A model generated the notes under the pieces. It saw only the letters and a program-made list of their open reading frames with translations, did no database searches and was not told the DNA's origin. Positions 20,814 to 29,800 of a DNA stretch of 64,000 nucleotides are shown here, one piece after another. A program made the translations under genes and the position numbers. The stretch comes from an uncultured Ruminococcus sp. (GTDB lineage Bacteria; Bacillota; Clostridia; Oscillospirales; CAG-272): assembly GCA_964483225.1 (NCBI GenBank), contig CAZABU010000001.1, forward strand, positions 26,049 to 90,048, written 5' to 3'. Position 1 is the first letter of the stretch. Each line of letters opens with the position of its first letter.

Positions 20814-23800
20814 TTATTCAAACATCTCCGAGGGAATGATCTCGGGCTCGGAGAGCTCCTCTGCGGTATAGGATTTTACTATCTTGGTGGCAATAACGTC
20901 GTCGATGTTTATAGTTCCCGTAATACCGGAGGTGCAGTAGATTATAACGTGGGTGTAAGCCTCGTCACCGACGTCTGCGGTATCACAGACGAGGGCTCCG
21001 TTGATATACATCTTAGCTCTGCCAATGTCGGTGTAATGCTCGATGCGAAGGGTGAAGCTGTTGCCGGGAGCGACAGCGGCAAGGCCGGCATCGCTATACT
21101 TAACCGTGCCCGCAGGGCCCACCTCGGTGTCCTTCAGGGTAGAGCCGAAGAAATTGTAGCTCTTGTTGGAGGTGATGGCGGTAAGGATCGCGGAATAATC
21201 AGAGTTTGTGGAGTTTGCCTGTCCGTTGGAGAGTCCTATCTGTACGCCGGAGCTCATATTGATGATCTGCCAATCCATCTTCATCTCAAAGACGTTACAG
21301 TTGGCGTCCTCCTCACCCTCCGCCACCTTGATGGAAAGCATAGACGCGCCCTTCTGGGTCTTGGTGAGGGTAAGATACTTGTTGCCGTCCTCGCTCTCGC
21401 CCACCTTGAAGGCCTCGACGCCGGTGCCGGCGTAAACTGTGGTAAGCATACCGGAGCTCTTGGACCAGCCGATAAGGCCGTGGTCGGGATCGTAGTCCTC
21501 AAAGTCGATGACGCCGCCGTCATTCTCAGTACGGGCGTTGCTGGACTTGATGTCCTCAAAGAAGCTGTCGTTGGCTCCTCCGCCCACTACGCCCTCGTAG
21601 CCCTCCTCGCTGTACGCTTTATCGATTCTGTCAACGTAAATGTTGTCGAGAAGGAGGGTCATATCTGCGCTCTTAACAGCGTAGAACACAGCGTAAAGGT
21701 AGTCGGTGACAGCCGCGGGCTGCTCGATTCCGTAGCCAAGTCTCGGTCCAAAGTAGTTGGTGCTTATCTTCTCCTGCTTGTTACCCTCGGTGTCGGTAAC
21801 GATGACCTTGATTCTGGGGTCAGCGGAGTCGGTTTCGTCCTTGTTGGGATAAAACTCGATACGGAGATTGAACCATTCTGTAGCGGGAATGGATATACCC
21901 ATATCGGTCTTGAAGCCGTCGGAATCTCCATAGGAGGAGTCATAGACGTTCAGCATTCCGTCCTTGATATTGAGAGTGAGCATATATATGCTGGCGCTGG
22001 AGCTTTCCTTCGAGCGGAGATATATCTGAATGGGCTCGACGTTGCAGGACTCGGAGATCTCAGAGTAACATATATCCGCCTCGAGAACGTAGCAGGAGGC
22101 AACCGCGGAGGATACCTGATCCAGCGTTATTGAGATGGATTCGCCCGCGCCGGATCTGGTAGTGAGAGAAAGAACGTTGCCGGTAGCTCCCTCTCTGGGG
22201 TCCTCAAGGATCTGGAGAGTGCCGTTTATAGTAGACTTGAACTGCTGAGGCAGCTCGTCGCTTTCGGTGGGGAGATCGTCAAAGTCGTAGGGCTCCGGGG
22301 GCTCGGGGTTGTTCTTGATGATTTTGCCGGCGTTCAGCAGCTCGGTGATGAAGGTCTGATGATCCTCGGAGCTGTAAACTCTGACGGTGGGCAGACCCAT
22401 AATGCTGATAAGTCCGGTGATGGAGCCGGTTGCCAGCAGGGTGCCGTTGAGCTCGCCGTCGTCAACGCCCAGCGATACGAATGCGCCCTGAGCGTGAGTG
22501 CCAGTCCTGTCCTCCCAGTAGGAGAAGGAGCCGTTGTCGTTACGGTAAGCGATTATCTTTCTCGTGCAGGCATTTATAAGGTTTTCTGCATTTTTACGCA
22601 GATTTGCCTGAATTTCCAGAACCTGATCGCCCTTGCCCTCGCGCCTCATACTGTTCATAACGTTGCTGGCACCGTTAACGCAGTTGTAAACGCAGGTCAT
22701 AGAGGTCTGGGGCTCGTCGGAGAGGAGAGCCTCCATACAGGAGTTGATGGATTGCTCGGGGTAGGGAAGCGTGCCTCCGAGGGTGGCTATTGCAGAGGAG
22801 AGCTTCAGCAGGCCGCCGATGGAGCGCCAGGAAACCGTGTCCTCCCAAAGTCCGTTCTCGGGATTTACTCTGTCATAGAGGTAATCAAGAGCCGCCGGCG
22901 CATAGCCCTTAGCCTTGATGACCGATGCCTGGGCGCTGAAGATCTGTCCGTCGGAGTGAGAGTTGGTCTTGAAATCAAGAGTATCCATCCAGGCGAGGAA
23001 TGCCGCCTCGGAGGAGAGATCCGCTTCGTCGGAGGCAACCGCGATAATCGACGAGGTTACCTTTGCAACTGCGGCGCAGGCGTGTACGTTCAAGGGTGCG
23101 GTCAGGGACGGGGAGCCGAAGCTCATATCGTCGACGTCGGCATCGGGAGCATCGGGGAGTCTGTAATCCGCGGTGGCACCAAAGGCCTTCAGTATGTATT
23201 TCGACCAGGTAAGGTCACGGCCGCGGCGGTTGACGGTAATGTCCTTGCCCCACTGAGGGTGATAGAAATATCCGTCGTCAGGATCCTGCAGGGATTTTAC
23301 GAAGGCAACCATCTTTGAGGATATCTCCTTCGGGATCGCTTCGTCAAGGCTGCCGCCGAAATCTGCCGTCATACCCATACGTTCCATAAAGGTGAGCACC
23401 TGGCGGGTGGACTCCACGTCGGGAAGGAAGCCCACGTGATCGCGGGCACTCTCGGAGAAGTAGAAGCCGCCGATCTCTGCATCGTACAGGCTGGCGATCC
23501 ACATATAGGTGTCGGTATCAAAGAGTCCGTAGAGCTCCTTCATCGCCGCGATCGCATCTGCGGAAATAAGACCGTCATAAACCGACCAACGATCCGTCCA
23601 GAGCTGGTCATTGTAATTGGAGATGGAGAAGGTATGAAGATATCTGTAATTCTCGCCGAGGGTGAGGGTGGTTTCTCCGAGGCAATTCTCGTAGAAATAC
23701 TCCAGCGCAAAGGGCGCGGCGATGGGGTCATTGTAAACTATTGCCAGCGAGCAGCCGTCAACGTAGAGCAGAAAGGCGGCGGTGTCGTCGCCTAGCTTCT

Positions 23801-24110
23801 TGCTGTCAAGGTAGTCCAAAGCCGCCCGGGATACGGGGTGGCTCGCGTTACCGACTATGATCTCGTTGTCGTAGGTTTGTCCGTCGTCACCCTTGAGCAC
23901 GGCGGTGACGTCGGAATCGCTGAGGATCTTGTTCCAGATCTCGTTTTCGTCAAAGGCAGAGTTTCCGGGCTCTACGATGAGATAAAGTCCACTGCTCGGG
24001 GTAAATATGGTGCCCGGCGCGGTGGGTGTGTTACCGCCGGTGATAAGACACGAGGTCAGACATATCGCCGATAACGCCAGCGTTATCAGCAGTCCGGTGA
24101 TTTTTTTCAT
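20814..24110 (-). CDS. Large lipoprotein: the shared alpha/alpha-toroid-like domain followed by several beta-sandwich (LamG/CBM-like) modules, 1098 aa
   Basis: Signal peptide with an LTSC lipobox (MKKITGLLITLALSAICLTSC). The shared domain spans about 22320..23565 (YMWIASLYDAEIGGFYFS, LPDVESTRQ, YFYHPQWG, NRRGRDL, NGLWE, GGLLKLS, NGSFSYW). C-terminal modules end in hD[DN]h motifs (LLLDNIYVDRI, INIDDVIATKI). Confidence 0.65.
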   Translation of the reverse strand: MKKITGLLITLALSAICLTSCLITGGNTPTAPGTIFTPSSGLYLIVEPGNSAFDENEIWNKILSDSDVTAVLKGDDGQTYDNEIIVGNASHPVSRAALDYLDSKKLGDDTAAFLLYVDGCSLAIVYNDPIAAPFALEYFYENCLGETTLTLGENYRYLHTFSISNYNDQLWTDRWSVYDGLISADAIAAMKELYGLFDTDTYMWIASLYDAEIGGFYFSESARDHVGFLPDVESTRQVLTFMERMGMTADFGGSLDEAIPKEISSKMVAFVKSLQDPDDGYFYHPQWGKDITVNRRGRDLTWSKYILKAFGATADYRLPDAPDADVDDMSFGSPSLTAPLNVHACAAVAKVTSSIIAVASDEADLSSEAAFLAWMDTLDFKTNSHSDGQIFSAQASVIKAKGYAPAALDYLYDRVNPENGLWEDTVSWRSIGGLLKLSSAIATLGGTLPYPEQSINSCMEALLSDEPQTSMTCVYNCVNGASNVMNSMRREGKGDQVLEIQANLRKNAENLINACTRKIIAYRNDNGSFSYWEDRTGTHAQGAFVSLGVDDGELNGTLLATGSITGLISIMGLPTVRVYSSEDHQTFITELLNAGKIIKNNPEPPEPYDFDDLPTESDELPQQFKSTINGTLQILEDPREGATGNVLSLTTRSGAGESISITLDQVSSAVASCYVLEADICYSEISESCNVEPIQIYLRSKESSSASIYMLTLNIKDGMLNVYDSSYGDSDGFKTDMGISIPATEWFNLRIEFYPNKDETDSADPRIKVIVTDTEGNKQEKISTNYFGPRLGYGIEQPAAVTDYLYAVFYAVKSADMTLLLDNIYVDRIDKAYSEEGYEGVVGGGANDSFFEDIKSSNARTENDGGVIDFEDYDPDHGLIGWSKSSGMLTTVYAGTGVEAFKVGESEDGNKYLTLTKTQKGASMLSIKVAEGEEDANCNVFEMKMDWQIINMSSGVQIGLSNGQANSTNSDYSAILTAITSNKSYNFFGSTLKDTEVGPAGTVKYSDAGLAAVAPGNSFTLRIEHYTDIGRAKMYINGALVCDTADVGDEAYTHVIIYCTSGITGTINIDDVIATKIVKSYTAEELSEPEIIPSEMFE

Positions 24111-24311
24111 AGCGTTCTCCTTTTGTTTTATAGGATAGTGAAATGCTGTGCTTATTTTATTATAACATAGGATATTTGATCCAAAGAAGACGGGTTTGTT
24201 GTATTAAATCTTCAATTTGTTGGATTGCTCTGCGAAAGGTCGAAATGGAAGTCGAGCTTGCAATACCCCCGGTGCTATTGTCAATAAGCACAAAAATAAT
24301 TCCATGTAATA

Positions 24312-24340
24312 ATTATACCATTTGATAAAAACTATGTCAA
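24312..24340 (-). promoter_or_regulatory. Consensus sigma-70 promoter for the lipoprotein gene (TTGACA-17-TGgTATAAT)
   Basis: On the minus strand, TTGACA is at 24340..24335, the spacer is 17 nt, and TATAAT is at 24317..24312, preceded by TGg. It leaves a leader of about 200 nt before the ATG at 24110. Confidence 0.6.
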
Positions 24341-24354
24341 TACGGATATTGACA
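24335..24354. promoter_or_regulatory. Perfect palindrome TGTCAATA-CGGA-TATTGACA overlapping the -35 box (candidate operator, or back-to-back -35 elements)
   Basis: The 8-bp arms at 24335..24342 and 24347..24354 are exact reverse complements. Each arm contains a TTGACA hexamer facing outward. Confidence 0.4.
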
Positions 24355-24417
24355 CGTAAGTATAAAGATTTTGATATGCAATATAAAAAAACAAAACGGA
24401 TTTTTGTGCATGTTTGA

Positions 24418-24457
24418 CATACAAAAACACCGCAAAGGGGCATCTGCCCCTTTGCGG
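24418..24457 (-). terminator. Rho-independent terminator after the GT8-acyltransferase pair
   Basis: A perfect 11-bp stem (CCGCAAAGGGG 24430..24440 / CCCCTTTGCGG 24447..24457) is followed on the minus strand by GTGTTTTTGTATG. Confidence 0.7.
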
Positions 24458-24572
24458 CAAGCAATTATCATTTAGAGAAAATATTGATTTTTTTTGTTGC
24501 TTTTGTAAATCAAACTATACAAAATTTGGCGTTTTTGAAGGCCGAGCTGCTTGTATATTGTGCCGGACAGAG

Positions 24573-25445
24573 TTATGAAAAACGGGAATCCGGATTGTTT
24601 TCCGCAGATACAAGCTTGGCGTAAGCGGCTATGTCCTGCTCGGAGAATGGGAGGTCGATCGCCCGCCCGTATATCTTCTCGTAGGTCTCGTGCTTGAAGC
24701 GCGTATCCGCCTCCCACATGTCGTGGGCGTTCTCTCTCGGTGTCTTTTGTATATCCGGGAATATGGGCTCGCCCACGTGAATGCGGTAAACGATCTTCTT
24801 GTCATTTTCGCGCATTTCGGTGAAGATAGGCGCCAGAGGCACGAAATTTTTTGCCGCATAATAGTATGCGCCGGGCAGGTGAGGGCGGGGCTTTTTGTAG
24901 TTGAACCACATCGACCCTTCCGGATATATCAGCACGTATTCGCCCTTGGCAAGCATCGCCTTGATGGTCGGTGCGAGCGTGCGGGAGAGGTAATGGGGTT
25001 CGTCAAGAATCGGTACTGTGCGCGTGTAATTCATAAGGAAACCAACTATCCCTGTCATAGCGAAGTTGGATATCTTGCTGACGATATTGAGCTTACCGCC
25101 GCCGATGGCAGATATTACTTTTCTGACCGCGGTGCTGTCGAGTGGATGGAAATGCGTTGACGTGAAGACGGCGCCCTTGGGGAGCAGCTCCAATTTTTCT
25201 ATCCCTACGATCTCGGTTTTTGCGTGTAGCTTCTTTGTAGCCGCGTTGGCTATTATCTCGGCGATGAAGCGCTTGAGCTTATAACCGAGGCTTTTGCGGT
25301 ATGCCATGTGTCGGTTTGCGAGCTGCAGAGCTTCGTCCTTCGTGAGCACAGGATCCCCGGGCTCTACAGTAGCGTGGAAATCGCCGCGCTCTGCCGCCAG
25401 ACGGATGTTCTCTACCGTTTTTGCCTTGTTTTCTGCGAACATCAT
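24573..25445 (-). CDS. Lysophospholipid acyltransferase (PlsC/LPLAT-family) protein, ~290 aa
   Basis: HX4D motif (HFHPLD) and PEG motif (YPEGSMW). I place the start at the ATG at 25445, which overlaps the GT8 stop as ATGA. The track start at 25538 would overlap GT8 by 97 nt. Confidence 0.7.
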   Translation of the reverse strand: MMFAENKAKTVENIRLAAERGDFHATVEPGDPVLTKDEALQLANRHMAYRKSLGYKLKRFIAEIIANAATKKLHAKTEIVGIEKLELLPKGAVFTSTHFHPLDSTAVRKVISAIGGGKLNIVSKISNFAMTGIVGFLMNYTRTVPILDEPHYLSRTLAPTIKAMLAKGEYVLIYPEGSMWFNYKKPRPHLPGAYYYAAKNFVPLAPIFTEMRENDKKIVYRIHVGEPIFPDIQKTPRENAHDMWEADTRFKHETYEKIYGRAIDLPFSEQDIAAYAKLVSAENNPDSRFS

Positions 25446-26398
25446 ATACGAATGCGTTCTCCTTTTTCCATTGCCTTCTTCAAGGTGTTCTCTGAGCATT
25501 TGAGCTTTACCGCCTGGTCGATAAGAAGCTTCAGGCACTCACCGTCGTGGACGTGCTGCTCTCTTCCGTAGCTTTCGCTAAAATCAAATAGAAATTCGCG
25601 ATAAGGGGACAGGGTCGCGTATTTCCAGAACAGATCTCCGTACTGTACGCCGTTATAGCGCCAAGGCTTGTAGAATAGGTTGTAATGTACTATTTTGGGG
25701 TTTGCTATCGGGGGATGGTTTTCGTTAGGCATGGCGTCCCATATGGGGGAGAGATAATATATTTTTCCGTTACAAATAGCGTTAAGATAGTCCTGATCGG
25801 GAGCTACCAGGTCAAAAGAGTACGTGGTGAGCAGGCGAAAAAAATGCTGCTCGAAGCCACACTCCCGGAGCCCCTTGAGGTTCATAAGAAGCACGCCCGA
25901 GTTGACGTATTCAAAGCGTGATACACCAACTGCCTCCTCCATATAAGTAGTAAATTCCGGTACGTCAAGCACCGAGGTGTCTGCGCAGGCACCGATAAGA
26001 TTGTCGGCGATGTCCCGGTCGTAGAGCTCGGCAAGATCTCCCGGCACCACCACGTCGCTGTCGATATAGATACCCTTGTCGTACTCGGGGAACATATTGG
26101 GGATAAGCAGGCGATAGTAAATCGTGAGAGTGAAGTGAGAGCAATTGAGGCTATGTCCCAGCTTGTTTTCGATCATATCAAGTCTGCCCTCGATGCGCTC
26201 GAAGGAAATCTCAAAATTCTCGGTTGCCAGGGAGGCGAGAGTTTCCATAGTCCTTTCAGTAAGGTCCTCGTGGAGGATGATGGCCCTGTATCTGCGGGAG
26301 GGATCAGAGTTTTTAATAGCGGAAACCAGCGCCACGGACAGATAGGGCGCAAAGGCGTTATCGATGGTGAAGAATACGGGGATAACTGTGTTTTTCAT
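25442..26398 (-). CDS. Glycosyltransferase family 8 protein, ~318 aa
   Basis: GT8 features are present: IPVFFTIDNAFAPYLSVALVSAIKNS, DxD in YIDSDVVV, and NSGVLLMNL. I place the start at MKNTVIPVFF (ATG at 26398) rather than the track start at 26593. Confidence 0.75.
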   Translation of the reverse strand: MKNTVIPVFFTIDNAFAPYLSVALVSAIKNSDPSRRYRAIILHEDLTERTMETLASLATENFEISFERIEGRLDMIENKLGHSLNCSHFTLTIYYRLLIPNMFPEYDKGIYIDSDVVVPGDLAELYDRDIADNLIGACADTSVLDVPEFTTYMEEAVGVSRFEYVNSGVLLMNLKGLRECGFEQHFFRLLTTYSFDLVAPDQDYLNAICNGKIYYLSPIWDAMPNENHPPIANPKIVHYNLFYKPWRYNGVQYGDLFWKYATLSPYREFLFDFSESYGREQHVHDGECLKLLIDQAVKLKCSENTLKKAMEKGERIRI

Positions 26399-26770
26399 TG
26401 CGATCTTTCCTTTCAAACGTTTTCTTGTATAAACTGTTTTTTTGTTGGGAGAAGCCTTTTGTAAGGTGTTATGTACCCTTTGAACCGGTGAGCCCCGAAG
26501 CATCCGGGGGCTTTGGGCGCCGTAAAAAGAAAAAGCGCCCCTCGGACGAAGGCGGTCACGGTGGTGAAAAGAACCGTCGTAGGCCCCGTTCAAGGCACGT
26601 CTATATTATAGCCCTGCAGCTGCGAAAAAATCAAGAAACTTTCGAGAGATGGGGCTCTCCCAATGCTTTACAGCCGTTCTACTGCGGGTAGACGGCAACT
26701 CTACTCGCGGTAGAATTTTCGGAAATGTAAAGTAAAGTAGTCGGATTATTGGCATTTTTCGAGCTTTTTA

Positions 26771-26820
26771 CTGGAAAAAGAGGCTGAGCCTTGGTTGGCT
26801 CAGCCTCCGTGTGTTTTTTG
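26771..26820 (-). terminator. Rho-independent terminator after the 1731-aa gene (hairpin with U-tracts on both strands)
   Basis: A perfect 11-bp stem (GAGGCTGAGCC 26780..26790 / GGCTCAGCCTC 26797..26807). On the minus strand it is followed immediately by TTTTTCCAG. On the plus strand it is followed by CGTGTGTTTTTT. Confidence 0.7.
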
Positions 26821-26823
26821 TGC

Positions 26824-29800
26824 TTATCTTTCATCGTAAACGTTTCTTACGTAGAAATTATCTACGGAGATGCTACCTGCGGTGGTGGTTATACGTGCGC
26901 TCGCCATTTTTGAAGCGACAGCGGTGCTTCCGTCATCGCTTGCTACAATGGGAAGAGCCTCAAGAATTGCCGCCTTGGCATCGGAGAGTCCCTCTCCGTC
27001 GGTGTATCTTGCCGTCAGGTAGAGGGTGGGAGTACTCATATCGTAGTGATATTCGAACCTTAGTCTGATCCAATCCGAGGGGTCGATGATGTAGTCAAGA
27101 GCGTTCACGGTCGCGTTACCGTTCTCGAGCGAGGCGTCGTACTGACCTGCAAGAAGTGTGGTGCCGCTGCTAGCCTCAAAGAAGCGAACAGACTTGTAGG
27201 TGGTACCCTCTACGTCCACCTCGATTATCTCGTAGCCTACAGTGACTACGGTCAGACCGTCGGAGTCTCCAACGGCTATCGTTCCATAATCGCCAGCCTC
27301 GAATTCATCGAAGCGCAGATCCAGCTGGATCTCATTGAAGTTGTAATAACCGGCCTCCTTATAGCCTGCGAGCTTTGCAGAGATGGAGCCGCCTTCAGCC
27401 GCCGACAGAGAAAGGTACTTGTCAACGCGACCCGCCACGTGAGAAGCGGTGCTCGCGACGGTGTTACCGTAGAGCTGAAGCTGAGGAAGCTGATCCATAT
27501 CGGTTATATCGTCAAAGTGATAATAGCCGAGGCCGGCTCCGCCATCGGTGTAGTTGACTACCTCAACGTTGTCGATATAAACATCGCCGTACTTTAGCTT
27601 GGAAGCGAAGAGGTCAAAGGTGTCGAAGACCTTTCTCGTGCTTGCCGCACCCCAGGTTTCCGTAAAGGTGAGGGAGTAGGTTGTGCCGCTCTGGGTGACC
27701 TCAAGCACACCGTAGGGAGCCGCATTACCGGCAGAATCGGTAGCATCGGGGTAATACTTGACGCATACGTGCATCCAGGACTTTGCGGAGAAGTATTTAG
27801 TGCTTCCGCTTGCGGTGGTCAAGGTGGTCGTGGCTTGCGTTACGGAGGCGCCGGACTGATCGTATCTGTACTGATTCCGGAAGTAGATGCCGTCGGCGTT
27901 TTTGTAGCAAAGAAGCTTCAAAGAGTCGCTTCCGTCACCTTTAACGAAGATCTCATAGCCGCCGGAGGTACTGCTGCCGTTATCGTACATATCGAACTCA
28001 ATACTGTAATAGTTGACGTTGGAGGCTGTTGCCGTCGAGGAGAAATAGACGTGCGCACCGACATTGTCATTGGTGTTTTCTACGCTGAAGAGCAGGGCCT
28101 TGTTGCTCGCGTTACCATCCTTGGCGACGGTAGCCACCGAGGAAACGTTCTCATCGCCGGTGGTGGTGATTCCGTAACGGCTTTCAACCTCATCGAGGGT
28201 ATTGACGTTCTCAAAGTCGTAGCTTCCCACGGTCTTCAGAGCCTTGTCGTGCTTGGCAGTTTCGAGCAAATGCATGAAGTATGCACGGTGGCTGGTGAAG
28301 GTCAACAGCTCGCCGCCCTCCTCCACGGTAACCGCAGTATCGTGATAGGGCAGGATCGCAATATCCGAGAGGCTGAATATGGATATCAGGGCGCTTCTCG
28401 TGCCGAGAGCCAGAGCAGTGCCGTTTACGTCACTTTCGATAGCGTCGGCAAGTGCCGCGGGCTCACCCTGGGAGGTTCCCGCACCGGTGTCGTCGTTGTA
28501 TCCGAAGCCACCGTCGGCCTTTTTGTATATCGCCAGCTTTTCGGCGGTCTTTTCTATTATCTCAAGGGCTTTCTGATTGATGGTATCGTAGGCCGCGTTA
28601 CGAACGGCGGAGTTTTCCTCGGAGCCATAGCTCTTTATGTTGTTAAGAAGATTCTTTATGGCGTTCGGGGGATTGTAGATATAAGTGATACCGCGCTCGG
28701 TTTCCTTGTATTCGTCGATATCCATACGAAGGACGTAGAGAGCACTGGCAATGGCCTTGTCAACGTAGGGGAACTCAGCCTGCAGGCCGTTATATATGCC
28801 GCTGATCTTGAGGAGGCCGGAGATGGTTCTGCCGTCGGTAGTGGTTTCCCACAGACCGTTGCCTGCATCCTTAACGAGCTTTGCGATCTGCTCGTCGGTG
28901 AGGGGAGTGTAGCCTGCCGTCGCTTTTACTGCTGCACGGAATTCGTCGCGTGCGCTGGTTATAGCGTCATCGGCCGCATCCATCCCTGCCACGGTGCCGT
29001 CGGCTCTTGCATCGCGGTAAGCGGTAGCCTCGTCGAGGGCCGTCTTGTCAACGCCGTATACGGTTGCGTAGTATTCGTCAAGGGCGCGGTTTTCAAGCTC
29101 GGTCTGTACGCTTTCCTGAAGGGCGTTGAACCAATCTATGACGACGTAGCTGAGCCCTGCTGCCTTGACCTGCGCGTTCTGGGAGGTTATGTAGTTACCG
29201 AAGCTGTAGGAATTATACTTGAGAGAGATCCATTTTGCATCAAGATACTCTCTCAGAGCCGCTTCGCTCAACAGATGCGTATTGGAGGTTTCGGCCTTGA
29301 CCTCCTCCTCGGTTGTATCCTCGGATATCGCCGCTACCGCGTAGGAAACGGCACTCTCTGTATCGGAGGACAGGCTCATTACCATTGCCGACTGTGCCAC
29401 GGCGTAGGTCTGCGTTACGGTCGAGCCGGCAAGACTTGAGTAAGATGAGGAATATCCGCTCAGGCGGTAGTTTGCTCCGTCAAAGAGCTCCTCGCCCAGG
29501 GCGTGACGGTTGAGCTGAGTGGTGAAGTTGCCAAGGTCGCGTCCCTTTCTGGAGTCCCCTATATCGGTACCCCACTGGGGATGATAATAGTATCCGTCAC
29601 GGCCGGACTGACAAAGCTGAATCCATGAGCCGAGTGCCGCTCTCTGCCCCTCGGTGAAAATATCGCTGCAGGAGGTAACCTTTGTCAGACCGAGCCTTGT
29701 CAGAATAGTCATAGCCTGACTCGTGGACTCAATATCGGGAAGATAACCGTAGTTATCTCTTGCGGAATTGGAGTAGTAGAAGGCACCGGTAGCGCTGTCG